Source of the DNA: Podarcis erhardii
Taxonomy: Eukaryota
Assembly: GCA_964252035.1 (NCBI GenBank)
Contig: OZ176202.1
DNA length: 64,000 nt
Strand: one strand, 5' to 3'
Below, piece by piece: positions 24,909 through 36,331 of the stretch. The notes under the pieces were generated by a model. It did no database searches, was not told where the DNA came from, and saw only the letters and a list, made by a program, of their open reading frames with translations. Within the stretch, counting starts at the first letter, position 1, and every line of letters begins with the position of its first letter. Made by a program: the position numbers and the translations under genes.

Positions 24909-27900
24909 ATAATAATAATAATAATAATAAATTTTATTTATATCCCGCCCTCCCCAGCCGAAGCCGGGCTCAGGGCGGCTAACAACAATCAACAATCAAA
25001 CCATCAAATATTCACACATTCTAAAAATATTACATTATAAAAATCAATTAAAATCAAATTAATGGCAACTAATTAAGCAAGATTCTAAGCAGGTTGCCAG
25101 AGGGGGGAGTCAGGCTGCGCCCTGACCAAAGGCCTGGTGGAACAACTCTGTCTTGCAGGCCCTGCGGAAGGATGTCAGGTCCCGCAGGGCCCTAGTCTCT
25201 TGTGACAGAGCGTTCCACCAGATTGGAGCCGCAGCCGAGAAGGCCCTGGCTCTAGTTGAGGCCAGCCTAACCTCTCTGAGGCCTGGGACCTTGAGGATGT
25301 TATTATTTGCAGACCGTAGGTTTCTCTGTGGGGCATACCAGGAGAGGCGGTCCCGTAGGTACGAGGGTCCTAGGCCGTATAGGTCTTTAAAGGTTAAAAC
25401 CAGCACCTTAAACCTGATCCTGTACTCCACCGGGAGCCAGTGCAGCTGGTATAGTACCGGTTGAATGTGATCTCGCAGCGAAGACCCCATAAGGAGTCTC
25501 GCCGCGGCATTCTGCACCCGCTGGAGTTTCTGGGTCAGTCTTAAGGGCAGCCCCACGTAGAGCGAGTTACAATAATCCAGTCTGGAGGTGACCGTCGCAT
25601 GGATCACAGTGGCTAGGTCAGGGCGAGAGAGATAAGGGGCCAACTGCTTAGCTTGGCGGAGATGAAAAAATGCCGCCTTTGTTATAGCTGTAATCTGCGA
25701 CTCCATAGAGAGGGAGGTATCGAAGATTACACCCAAACTCTTAACGGACGGTGCTGGCACTAATTGCACCCCCGCAAGAGATGGGAGTTGCCCCCTCAAT
25801 CCCATATCATCCCGCCCCAGCCAGAGGACCTCTGTCTTCGAAGGATTTAACTTCAACCGGCTCCCACGTAACCATCCAGCCACAGCTTCCAGGCATCTCG
25901 CCAGTGTATCGGGGGCCGAGTCAGGATGGCCATCCATCAACAGATAGAGTTGGGTGTCATCGGCATACTGATGGCAGCCCAGCCCAAAACTCCGGACAAG
26001 CTGGGCGAGGGGGCGCATAAAGATGTTAAAAAGCATCGGGGAGAGAATCGCACCCTGAGGCACTCCACACACCAAGGAGTGGCGCGATGACAATTCCCCC
26101 CCGAGCGCCACCCTCTGTCCCCAACCAGAGAGAAACGAGCGCAGCCATTGAAGGACTGTGCCCTGGATTCCCACGTCGGCAAGGCGGTGGTCCAGGAGTT
26201 CGTGATCGACCATGTCGAAGGCTGCTGACAGATCTAGAAGAATCAGCAGCCCCGACCCGCCTCGATCCAGCTGCCTACGGAGATCATCTGTTAGGGCGAC
26301 CAGAGCCGTCTCGGTCCCATGACCAGCACGGAAGCCGGACTGGAATGGATCCAGAGCAGATGTTTCATCCAGAAACCTACCAAGCTGTTCAGCAACCGCT
26401 CTCTCAATCACCTTACCCAGGAATGGAAGATTCGAGACCGGGCGGTAATTGGATAGATCTAAGGGATCTAATGATGTTTTCTTTAAGAGCGGACGCACCA
26501 CTGCCTCCTTCAGTTCCCCTGGGAATATCCCGGTGCCAAGGGACAAATTGATGATATCCCCCAGGGGGGCCCGCACCTCGTCTGGACACGCTCTAACCAG
26601 CCATGACGGGCACGGGTCAAGAGGACAGGTGGTGGGCTTTCCAGCTTGGAGGAGTCTGTCCACATCGGCTGGAGATATCCGGTCAAAATGGTCCAATACT
26701 GGACCCGAGGACAGTCGAGGGGCCTCCAGTTCCTTTATTGTATCCAAATTGGCAGGGAGGTCATGGCGGAGCAACAGGACCTTCTCCGCAAAAAAGCTCG
26801 CAAATGCCTCACAGCTGTGTGTCAGATTGTTATTTAAATTTGGCTGTCCATCAAGGGACGTTAAAGACCGAATTATACTAAATAATTGCGCCGGGCGAGA
26901 GCTAGCGGATGCAATGGAGGCCGAGAAGTAAGACTTCTTAGCGGCCTTCACAGCCATCTCATAGGTTTTCATAAAAACCCTATAAGATGTTCTTGAGGCT
27001 CCGTCACGGGCACCCCGCCATACTCGCTCTAGCCGTCTGAGGTCCCGCTTCATTTTCCGAAGCTCCTCGGTAAACCAGGGAGCCCGGTTTCTGCGGGGTC
27101 GCAGAGGGCGCTTAGGTGCGATCTCATCGATGGCTGCCAGGAGCTGGGTATTCCAGCCCTCAACAAGCTCAGTCAATGAGTCGCCAGGGAGAGCAAGGTC
27201 CCGCAAGGCTTGACGGAATCTATCAGGGTCCATCAGCCTCTGCGGGCGAGCCCAAATCGGCTCGCCACCTAAGCAGGGTGGGGGTGGAAAGTCAATCCTG
27301 GCTTTCAGAGCGTAGTGATCAGACCATGGCACCTTCATCGAAGGAGACATGATCACATCTATACCGGCACCAAAGATCAAATCCAGCGTGTGGCCTGCTT
27401 GATGTGTGGGGCCCGAAACAAACTGGGAGAGCCCTAGTGTCGCCATGGAAGACACCAGGTCCAGAGCCTGTGAGGAGGGAGCGGCATCAGCATGGAAGTT
27501 GAAGTCTCCCAATACCAATAGGTTAGGGAACTCCAAGGCCCAGCCGGCCACCGCCTCCAGCAGGCCTGACAGGGTGGCTGCTGGTGCGCTAGGTGGCCGG
27601 TACACCAGCCAGACAGCCAAGCTCTCCTCGGAGCCCCACACTAGGCCAACACATTCAATGCCGGGGATTGATGGCGATGGTAGAGCCCTGAAAGAACAAT
27701 CTTCCCGGATTAATAATGCCACCCCTCCCCCCCGGCCCACAGTCCGTGACTGGTGGAGGACAGAGAAACCCGGGGGCGCCATCTCTCGTAAGGTAACAGT
27801 TACCCCTTCGCGCACCCAGGTCTCCGTCACACAAGCCAGGTCGACCCCCTGCGAGGTAAAGAAATCTCGCAGGGTGGCGGTTTTGTTGCCTATAGACCTG

Positions 27901-28192
27901 GCATTGCACAACACCAGTGAAGGAGGTGAGTAATCCTTGCTCACCCTACCCTCGTCTCTCGGGATGGGGCGCAGATTGGAAGGGGTACGAGCATATCCGT
28001 ATCTCGATCCCCTTCGCTTATAACATCTGCCCCCACCGCCATACCTCCCTCGCCCCTCCACGGTAGCAATCCCACGCCTCATAGTAACCTCCCTTTACAA
28101 AATCGAAAAACAAAACAACCAAAAACAATTGTGCCCAAACAAAAACCAATCCCCACCCCACTCAATATCCCACCCCAAAACAGAACAAGATA
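24909..28192 (-). mobile_element. Young L2-clade LINE (~3.3 kb), antisense in the first intron shown of CDC42BPA; no ORF1 visible
   Basis: Intact ORF2, ~180 bp 3' UTR and an (AAT)n tail at ~24905-24930. Candidate 5-bp TSD GAATA at 24904-24908 and 28193-28197. The 5' boundary is inferred from that TSD. Confidence 0.85.
25110..28082 (-). CDS. L2-clade non-LTR retrotransposon ORF2, 990 aa, APE endonuclease plus reverse transcriptase, uninterrupted
   Basis: EN motifs CNARS, VTETW, VYRPP, GDFN, TLDLIF, SDH. RT motifs YRPVSNL, FQSGFR, LDLSAAFD, GVPQGAILSPMLF, YADD, LKLNPSKTE. C-terminal SRLDYCNSL..LQRVQNAAARL is typical of the L2 clade. Confidence 0.93.
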   Translation of the reverse strand: MRRGIATVEGRGRYGGGGRCYKRRGSRYGYARTPSNLRPIPRDEGRVSKDYSPPSLVLCNARSIGNKTATLRDFFTSQGVDLACVTETWVREGVTVTLREMAPPGFSVLHQSRTVGRGGGVALLIREDCSFRALPSPSIPGIECVGLVWGSEESLAVWLVYRPPSAPAATLSGLLEAVAGWALEFPNLLVLGDFNFHADAAPSSQALDLVSSMATLGLSQFVSGPTHQAGHTLDLIFGAGIDVIMSPSMKVPWSDHYALKARIDFPPPPCLGGEPIWARPQRLMDPDRFRQALRDLALPGDSLTELVEGWNTQLLAAIDEIAPKRPLRPRRNRAPWFTEELRKMKRDLRRLERVWRGARDGASRTSYRVFMKTYEMAVKAAKKSYFSASIASASSRPAQLFSIIRSLTSLDGQPNLNNNLTHSCEAFASFFAEKVLLLRHDLPANLDTIKELEAPRLSSGPVLDHFDRISPADVDRLLQAGKPTTCPLDPCPSWLVRACPDEVRAPLGDIINLSLGTGIFPGELKEAVVRPLLKKTSLDPLDLSNYRPVSNLPFLGKVIERAVAEQLGRFLDETSALDPFQSGFRAGHGTETALVALTDDLRRQLDRGGSGLLILLDLSAAFDMVDHELLDHRLADVGIQGTVLQWLRSFLSGWGQRVALGGELSSRHSLVCGVPQGAILSPMLFNIFMRPLAQLVRSFGLGCHQYADDTQLYLLMDGHPDSAPDTLARCLEAVAGWLRGSRLKLNPSKTEVLWLGRDDMGLRGQLPSLAGVQLVPAPSVKSLGVIFDTSLSMESQITAITKAAFFHLRQAKQLAPYLSRPDLATVIHATVTSRLDYCNSLYVGLPLRLTQKLQRVQNAAARLLMGSSLRDHIQPVLYQLHWLPVEYRIRFKVLVLTFKDLYGLGPSYLRDRLSWYAPQRNLRSANNNILKVPGLREVRLASTRARAFSAAAPIWWNALSQETRALRDLTSFRRACKTELFHQAFGQGAA

Positions 28193-28440
28193 GAATACCA
28201 CAGTCGAAAGCAGAATCCGGCCAGAAATCAGCTAAATGTCCGGGAACATATGGCAACTGATGTCGGGCAGCATCGTTTTTGCTGATTTTCCTAATAAATA
28301 GCTCAAAAACATCTAATTTATTTGTGATTTTGCAAAAAAAACTCAGCAACTTTGGCCAAAAAAATGGGGGGGGGAGCTCAACAACTTAGTCCCCCCCCCC
28401 CAAAAAAAAAGCTCAATAAGATTTTAACTTCAAAAATTTC
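28193..28440 (+). mobile_element. Probable hAT-like MITE split by the L2 insertion (left part ~24866-24908)
   Basis: The left flank agggtgccatatgtccagaatttcctgggcacagctgg resembles a hAT-type terminus. The 10-bp inverted repeat tgccatatgt (24871-80) / acatatggca (28246-55) is seen directly. The family assignment is from recall only. Confidence 0.4.
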
Positions 28441-28664
28441 TGCAGACGGTAATATGTAAATACCATGGAGGTATTTCAGATACTTGCTGTATGTATTTAG
28501 AATGATGTCTACTGTGAACATGTTGTCAAATCCTGATAATTTTGATTAGTTTTTGGTAGATAATGGGTTATACCACTCATTCTTAAATGTTAGTTGTGTA
28601 CAGGTTTTTAATATATTAATATTGTTACTCTGCCTAAAATGATTGATATTTTCCTTTGTTCCAG

Positions 28665-28756
28665 CCAAGCCTTTCACGTCTAAAGTGAAACAGATGCGAC
28701 TACATAAAGAAGACTTTGAAATCTTAAAGGTGATTGGCCGAGGAGCCTTTGGGGAG
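28665..28756 (+). CDS. CDC42BPA: CDC42BPA/MRCK-alpha coding exon (probable exon 2, 92 bp): (A)[30 protein letters not shown], includes Gly-rich loop
   Basis: Polypyrimidine tract plus ttccAG acceptor and GTaaga donor. Translation matches the recalled MRCK-alpha N-terminus ([12 protein letters not shown] distinguishes alpha from beta). Splices in frame to the next exon. Confidence 0.96.
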
Positions 28757-29180
28757 GTAAGAGTTATTTAGATGTGGAATGGGCCTGTGGAAGAATCATA
28801 TGTACAACTAAATCACAGGATATACTTCTAAGCCTTTTTGATGTGGAAATGCATTGTATGCACTGTTGGGCACTTGAATTCAATTCATTCCACAGTTTGT
28901 TGGTTTTCTGCACTTATTTTTGTAGGGGCATTAGGACCTCATTACTAATGTCACTTTATTTGTTTGTTTATTTATTTGCTTTGCTTTGCATATTTAAGGA
29001 TTTGTGGGCTGAACATTTTGTACAATCTTTCTAAAGCTATCACTATATGGTCACAGTACTGGAAGGAAGAATGATCTGGAAAGACCTTTGCTTTGCAGTT
29101 TCTTAAGTCTGTTTAGTGGGATAGGTGTAAAAAGAGAGTTCTTGCAATGGGTAAGCAGTAGGTTCTCCCGGGTTCTAGAT

Positions 29181-29526
29181 CATGGCAGTCCAACTTTTCA
29201 TACCAAGCAGGTTGAAAGAGTACTTCATCACAGAACCCGCAGGCCACACACTGAATTAAATTTACATATCATTAATTAAAGTGTTTGCAATATACTTAAT
29301 ATACACAATTTATATACTTAATTAAATACGTAAAACACACAATAGATTCAATATATTTAATTATTAAACAAATTTAGTACACAAACAGATGTATGTGCTT
29401 TTGTTAACAACGCATGAGAAAACCACAAATTTTTAAGGTTTTAATGTGTTGTTTTCTTGCCAAGGGCTGCCAAAAAAAGCCTCATGGGCCTCAGGTGGCT
29501 TGTGAGCCATGGGTTGGATCACCCTG
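29181..29526. mobile_element. hAT (Charlie-type) MITE, 346 bp
   Basis: Perfect 8-bp TSD ttctagat (29173-80 and 29527-34). Imperfect TIR catggcagtccaac / gttggatcaccctg. Confidence 0.8.
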
Positions 29527-30106
29527 TTCTAGATTAACACTGATGCTACCTGCAGAAATCATCTGGAAGTAGGTGTGAACTGTGAGGTTCCCATGTTTGT
29601 GGATGACACATGAGGCAGACTGAGTAGGTTACCCAGGGTGGCTAAGTCCTTGTTCTTGTTTCTGCAGCCCCTTCAGCTTCCTGCTCATTCTCTGCATGAT
29701 TTCTGCCAGCACCCTCCTTCTGCCTTCTATGTTTGGGGGGGGGGGGAGAGAGATGTTCCCAATTCAGTTTTTGTCTCTTGAGGCTAACATTGGTCTCTTT
29801 GCTAGAAGTAGGTCAGTGCAAGCTGTACATGCTCCCATGAAGCATCATTTTGTTCAGGACTTGGACACTGCGCCATTCCCATTGCAGTGGCACTTTGTTT
29901 GGCTCCCTGCAACTTGGTTGGTACAGCGCTGCTGGCCTGGGTTCCTGTGGCAACTGGTACTTCTGCTGTTGCTGCTAGCAAGTTCTTTGGCACTACTGCC
30001 ACTTCCTTTTAGGGGAGCAGGCTCAGTCTGAGCTGGTGTTTCACTGGTTTGGTAGTACCCATACAACACTAAAATTTCAGTATGGTAATGATTAATAGAT
30101 CCATTA

Positions 30107-30530
30107 AAATGTCAACTCAGTGTGCAGCATCTGTGAACAACGAAAATCCCATGTTTGGGCTTAAGAAAGGGGGAGTAGGCTAACAAGTACCCTAAAAGAT
30201 CTATATGGTATGGCTGTGTTGAAAATGCTGTGTACAATTCTGGTTGCCTCATCTCAAAAAGAATATCCTTGAGCAGGAAAAGGTACAGAAAGGACAAACA
30301 AAACCTTCGTGAAGTTGGAACACCCTCCTTATGATGCAAGTCCATGTTTTGGGGGCTTTTTTTTGTTTGTCTTAGAAATAATACATAATAGAAGTTTACA
30401 GAAACATTAGATGGAGAGAATACGTAGAGAGAAAGGTTTTGTCCTTTCTCATTTTTTTAGAGCTGGATTGGAAGTAGAGTCAGGGCAGACAAAAGAACTA
30501 CTTCACAAAATATAAAATTTGTTATGTGTT
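30107..30530 (+). mobile_element. Old CR1 LINE 3' fragment
   Basis: aactcagtgtgcagc, tgtgtacaattctggttgcctcatctcaaaaag and gaaaaggtacagaaa resemble CR1 ORF2 (SQQCAA.., YCVQFWSPHLKKD, LEKVQ). Confidence 0.6.
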
Positions 30531-31268
30531 TCAGTGAGATGTGGCATTTGTTTGAACCCTAACTTCCCTTTTGTGTACATGTGTTGGACTTGTTAGTACA
30601 GATAACATCTCCGTCATAAAGTAAATGAACCAGACTGAGCATGCCTACTTCTGGATGAAATTTTCTGTCTCTATACTCTGAAGGGTTTGGACAAGGTTTA
30701 ACCAATTATTCCGGATAATTGCAGTTGTCACTGAAATTTAGTCTATTGCAAAATTGAACTCTAATATTCCTTTTTGGAAAGTGTGTAATTTTTAGGGGAG
30801 CTAAAGAGAATAGCAACATTTCACAGGAGAGTATTATATCTGCTGATAATTTCTAACCCTTAGGCAGCATGATCCTGAGCTCTATGTAGTATAGGGAGCC
30901 TTAAGCCAATACAGGCTTTTCAAGTACTGTAGTCTTCCAGACCAAATTAAGATCTTCTTGCAGATGTGGGACAGGGTGGAGAGGAGGAGGGGTGTCATTG
31001 AGGGATGAGATGGTGGTTTGCACGAAATCCCTCTGCTTTGCAAAGGCTTCTTGCTGGAGCAAGAGACTGCAAGACGAGAGGAGTTAATTACAGTTCCTTG
31101 GTATCAGACCTTCAGTCTGCATAACTTGGGATAGTTTACAGGGGAAATCCCTGGGGTATACTACAAGGAGTCCAGGCTTTTCTTAATTTAGAATGAAGAA
31201 TTGGGTGTGGCTGTTTCATCTCAGTGTCACTTTATTCCAAGACGTGGATTATTTATGCGAATCTGAAT

Positions 31269-31324
31269 GTTGGACTAGATGACCCTCTGGGTCCCTTCCA
31301 ACTCTACAATTCTTTGATTTTATG
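31269..31324 (+). mobile_element. CR1 (or CR1-SINE) 3' tail fragment
   Basis: gttggactagatgaccctctgggtcccttccaactctacaattct. Confidence 0.75.
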
Positions 31325-31725
31325 AAATTCATATGTGTGCTGCCCTTAAAAGCCAAATGAGCACAAAATGACTAACATTCCTACTACCTCCAGTGTGTTT
31401 CTTTTTAAACTATTGCTTATCCAAGAAGCAGTAGGAATCTGTTAGCAAATTTTTTGCTCTCCAGATAGCTGCATCCATTAAAATAATTGAAGAAGGAACG
31501 GCAATGTGTTGATGTACAAGTACATGAGAGACCAAACCTTGTGAAGAGGCAGAAAGAGTTTGACAGCAAGCCAGGAAGCATTACTGTTTGTGGGAAATAT
31601 GGAAAACAGTTGGAAGAAGGATTTTGGCTTCTTTCTCCTTTCAGACTAAAACCAAAATGTTTATATCAGCACATACCAAGCATTTTTAGCAGGCTGTTCA
31701 TGGAGGAAAAATACACTTAAAAATA

Positions 31726-31854
31726 TTAAATTTTCAGATTTAATAAATCAGTGACCAGACTTTTGCAGGGAAGGGATGAAATAGTGTAATTGTCACTTTG
31801 ATTTTGTTTCTCTTTGCTGTTTAACTGCTGGTTAGAGAGCTTTTGAAGGTTGTG

Positions 31855-31892
<38 letters not shown>

Positions 31893-32900
31893 CCTCAGTC
31901 TTGTTTCCAAGCTCCTTTTCCCATGTACTTTTCAATTCTGTTAGGGGCCCGTCAGTAGTGTCTGTCAGTGCCCTATATATATTAGCCAACAGTCCTTTCC
32001 CAGATTGCCCTCTACTGTATTAGCAAAATGGCCTCAAACCTTGTGAGGCCCAGACCCAGGCATCTCAGATCCACCTAGAGCTGTTCCTGGGCGACCGGTA
32101 TATTATTCTTATAAAAATCTCTAAGCTTGAAATAATGAGGAGCAGATGGGAGACACTTCCCATGTTTGAAAGGTGTTGAGAATAAAGCGATTTTTCATAG
32201 TACTGCCATGTTCTCATTCCAAAAAGGTGTGGACCTTGGTTCAGCAATACCTTCTACAGTGTGGTCCGATGTTTACAAGATTTTAAAATCATGAAACAAA
32301 GTTGGCGGAATTGGAATGCTTCATAATACAAGTCAGTATTGGGCAATCCCCACCCCCTCATCTGATTTTGTGTATAGAATTTAAAGTGGTCTCTTACCCT
32401 TTAAAGTATAATTATTTTTAAATCTTCTGCCAGCACTTGAGAGTAGATTGATAGAAGGGAGATGCGGAGGATCCTAGCCAATATGACTGATCCCTCAGCA
32501 GATTTCTTTAGCTTTCCAAGAATTTTGGCCAGAAATGAGAATCGATTTGTGTTGGGAGAAGTGAGCATAAGAATATGTTCCCATAGCACCTGCAATGAAA
32601 ATAATTCTGCCCATTGGATCCCACTAGATTTTATGTACTTGAAATTTATATTCTCTACTTTCCTGAAAAACTCCAATTTGTAACCATCTTAGCAGGCACA
32701 TTTAATTAAATCCTGCACAAGAAAAAAATAAGATTTTTTGTCCAATAATTACTACTCTTGTTTCTGGAAAGTTATGGGTCTTTAGCCAACAATCCAGCTC
32801 CCTTATCTCATACTGTATTGTGTTCCTTGTTTCTAAGTACGTGATCTTAGCAATTATCATGGTAAATGTACATAGAGGCAAACAGAAGTTTATTAATTTC
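31726..32900 (-). mobile_element. Possible highly degraded L1/Tx1-like ORF2 remnant
   Basis: Peptide snippets FFRKVENINFKYI and IYRAL..LKSTWEKELG resemble L1-clade C-terminal regions. No catalytic motif is recognisable. Confidence 0.3.
31857..31890. repeat. (GT)n microsatellite
   Basis: Direct observation. Confidence 0.96.
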
Positions 32901-33504
32901 CCACTTGTCCTCCTTTGTCTATAAGCAGATTGTGTGTAATGTAAAAGGCATGTGGGTTGCATAACCAGACATTTTGGATTGTGGTTCTAATGCTTTATTT
33001 AGTTGCATATCAGTATGCTTTTTAATTGTTGTAGCAACCAATTGGTATGTACTTTTGTTCTGAAAATGCAGAAAAACTCGATTAAGTCTAAATATTTAAT
33101 TATTATTTTTGGTGATTTAAATCAGTCCATTCTGACATATTAGGACATTCTCACTTTAAACCACTTTTAGAACAAGAAGAGTTTTATCAAGTCAGACTAT
33201 TTTGAATTGCTTTTCCATTGTCATTCTCATTTCTGCTTGTTTTCTTTCTTTGTTTACCCATGTTGCCATTTGCCTGTTGCCTTTTAGGTTCCCATAAAGC
33301 CACAGCACTGTTGAAATAAAAAAAACTGTTAAAATTACAATAAAAATGTCTTCACGAAGAAAGGAGAAAACATTCCAGTGCTTTTATTTTTCCACAGAAA
33401 TCTTTCCTTTTCGTAAATTCATTACTAATAATGAATTGATGCAAATAATTATTAGGCAAGCTTGATAGTTTCAAAGTTTTTAGCTTTGTTCACTAAATGC
33501 ATAA

Positions 33505-33851
33505 GTAAAGGGACCCCTGGCCATTAGGTCCCGTCGTGACCGACTCTGGGGTCGTGGTGCTCATCTTGCTTTATTGGCCGAGGGAGCCAGCGTACAGCTT
33601 CCAGGTCATGTGACCAGCATGACTAAGCCGCTTCTGGAGAACCACAGCAGCGCACGGAAACACTGTTTACCTTCCTGCCAGAGTGGTACCTATTTATCTA
33701 CTTGCACTTTGACGTGCTTTCGAACTGCTAGGTTGGCAGGAGCAGGGACCGAGCAATGGGAGCTCACCCTTTCGCGGGGATTCGAACTGCCAACCTTTTG
33801 ATGGGCAAGTCCTAGGCTCTGTGGTTTAACCCACAGCGCCACCCGTGCCCC
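33505..33851 (+). mobile_element. Sauria SINE, near full length
   Basis: Consensus match to the other copies. TSD tgcataagtaaa at 33498-33509 and 33853-33864 overlaps the SINE head. Confidence 0.93.
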
Positions 33852-34861
33852 TTGCATAAGTAAAAGAAACATGCAAAATTGGCTGTTCTCTAAGCAGTAA
33901 GACAATTTTCTGATGCAAACTGAAAATGTTCCAATTTAAATTTTCTGGAAACCTCACATCACTAGTGAAACCTGAAAAGAATTGCACCCTGTCTGATTGA
34001 TCACTTGCTTCCCTCTTTTTTGTCATTGGCCCCCTAGAACACAAAATAAAACTACTGTAGATCATTTTCAGAAATACCCTTTTCTTTGTTTTACTTGGGG
34101 AAGCTTTGCCTGCTTGCTTGTGATTGGCGTGTTGAAGTATCTTACAGTTCATATGTAACTTATTAAAACTAACTTCTGTATCTGTTTCAAGTATAAGAGC
34201 TAGTTATAAGATGCTGTTTATTTTCATTTTAAAACAACCTCCTGTTTTTCTTGCTTGCTTTATCTTGAATCTCATGTATAAAGAACTTTAATTTGAACCT
34301 TGGATTTCACCAAGTTAGAATCTGCCTTGTCTGCTTGCCAGACGTTGCTCCATACTTTTGAGAGAAAATAAGAGGAAGGTATGGATTGGACCATTGCCTG
34401 GCCGGACCAGAAAGCTTGCAAATTTCCACAGTCCTCTTGTGCCTCCCAGTTTGGGAGTAAAATAAGAGGTAGGTTAGCCAGTTAATGAATTTACAAAGGA
34501 AGGAAGAGGTGGAAATAAGTTCACCGTTGTTAATTTTTTTAAACAGGATTTAAAACCAGTTTCATATTCTGAGTTCAAATGCTGGATTAAGAGTGATCTC
34601 TGGTTAGTTGGCAGGATCACGTAGTGTACTTATGTTTAGGAGGAGAGAGGTTAGGGGAAGAGCGCACAGTACCATAGCCAGCTCCTACTTCCTAAGTCAA
34701 ATTCATTGTTACCGGTAATTCTGAACCAAATTTCATGCAGCCTGAGAGTGTCAGTTTAGTATTGCTTCCAGAATGGCTTAAGTTAAGAAAGCTTTCAGGA
34801 CCTGTTGTCAGTTTAGCTAGTCCAGCAGGTCTTTCACAATGTAACATACATTTTATCACAT

Positions 34862-35219
34862 AAAGGTAAAGGTACCCCTGCCCGTACGGGCCAGTCTTGA
34901 CTGACTCTAGGGTTGTGCGCTCATCTCACTCTAGAGGCCGGGAGCCAGCGCTGTCCGCAGACACTTCTGGGTCACGTGGTCAGCGTGACGAAGCTGCTCC
35001 GGCGAACCGGCACCAGAGCAGCACACGGAAATGCCGTTTACCTTCCCGCTATAAAGCCGTACCTATTTATCTACTTGCACTTAAGGGTGCTTTCGAACTG
35101 CTAGGTGGGCAGGAGCTGGGACCAAACGATGGGAGCTCACCCTGCCATGGGGATTCGAACCGCCAACCATGCGATCGGCAAGTCCTAGGTGCTGAGGTTT
35201 TACCCACAGCGCCACCCGC
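34862..35219 (+). mobile_element. Sauria SINE, distinct subfamily (aaaggtaaaggtacccctgcccgtacggg head)
   Basis: Full SINE body. Candidate 7-bp TSD atcacat (34855-61 and 35220-26). Confidence 0.9.
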
Positions 35220-36291
35220 ATCACATACATTGATCACATGTATTTATCACATACATTGATATAAAATATGTGTTTAAATGTGATTGTTTTTAGCAGATTA
35301 CTCCAGAATTTGTGAACACATACAAAGTGGTATGAAAATTAACTGATGTGTCCATCTCTATGTTTTGTAAATGTACACAAAACAGTAAATGGGGAAAATT
35401 CATGTACAACCAACATTACTTTTAACTGTGCCATAACATAAACTATGAAAAGAAAATAATCTTCTTCTGAGGATTACTTTCACCTTAACTGTGCCCTAAT
35501 AAAGTGCTATGATGACTTCTAGAGAAGTTTTTAGATTTTTAGATGAGAACACTTTAGTTCTGATCAGTAAAACACTTAAAAAAAAGTAGTCTTATAAAAT
35601 CTGTACCAGGTATACTATATGAGAATTACATTTAACTATTACTAGTGGTAGGCACAAACATTTTCAAAACAAAGTTTAAATTAAACATTTTCTTCTGCCC
35701 CTTCATTTTTATATATTCCTGTGTTCTATTTTATTTTTACAAGTGTGGGATTGTGGAAGAGGTCAGACTTGATTATTATACCATAGCAATTCTGGGAACT
35801 AATAACTATTCCATCCAAGTTTTCATGTTTCCTGCTTTATACTTTTATAAGAATTCAGCATTGGTGTATTAGCTTGAGACTTTGCTTGGGCTCATGAAAG
35901 AGACTTTCATCAAGCTGTCATCTGCTGCAGCATTTGTCCCACAAATTCATTGGCTCACACCAAGAATGGAAGTTTATAGATAGATAGACAAGAGGGCAAG
36001 GTTCAGCCTTATTTTATTTTTGTCGATAGCCCAAAGGGAAAAATCAGATACAAATCTTTGTCACAGAGTACCGATGTGTAAACAGGTAGAAACAAAAATA
36101 ATTGTTAATATTTTTTGAATTGATTGGGAGTTTCCTTCCCGAGTGATGGCAGTATGGAATGTGACTATTTAAAATGCATTCATCACTGAATATTTTCATT
36201 TTGGGTGTGGCGTACTCCTACTGCTATGTGACAAGCTGTGATTAGGCTTTTGAGTTCTCGTTTTATGTTTTCTACAAGTTGAATAAAATTC

Positions 36292-36294
36292 TAT

Positions 36295-36328
<34 letters not shown>
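36292..36328. repeat. (ATTT)n microsatellite, likely a LINE tail remnant
   Basis: Direct observation. Confidence 0.9.

Positions 36329-36331
<3 letters not shown>

Noticed and set aside
24866-28260. Composite DNA transposon carrying an L2 between inverted repeats
   Set aside because: The inverted match is only 10 bp and no 8-bp TSD flanks it. An L2 inserted into an older MITE explains it more simply.
28095-28349. 84-aa ORF upstream of L2 ORF2 as a possible ORF1
   Set aside because: No RRM, zinc-knuckle, esterase or coiled-coil features. It spans the inferred L2 5' boundary into flanking MITE sequence.
36136-36190. Possible C/D-box snoRNA (GTGATGG...CTGA)
   Set aside because: The C box is imperfect, there is no terminal stem and no recognisable rRNA guide. 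The agtgatg/catcact pairing would bury the boxes.
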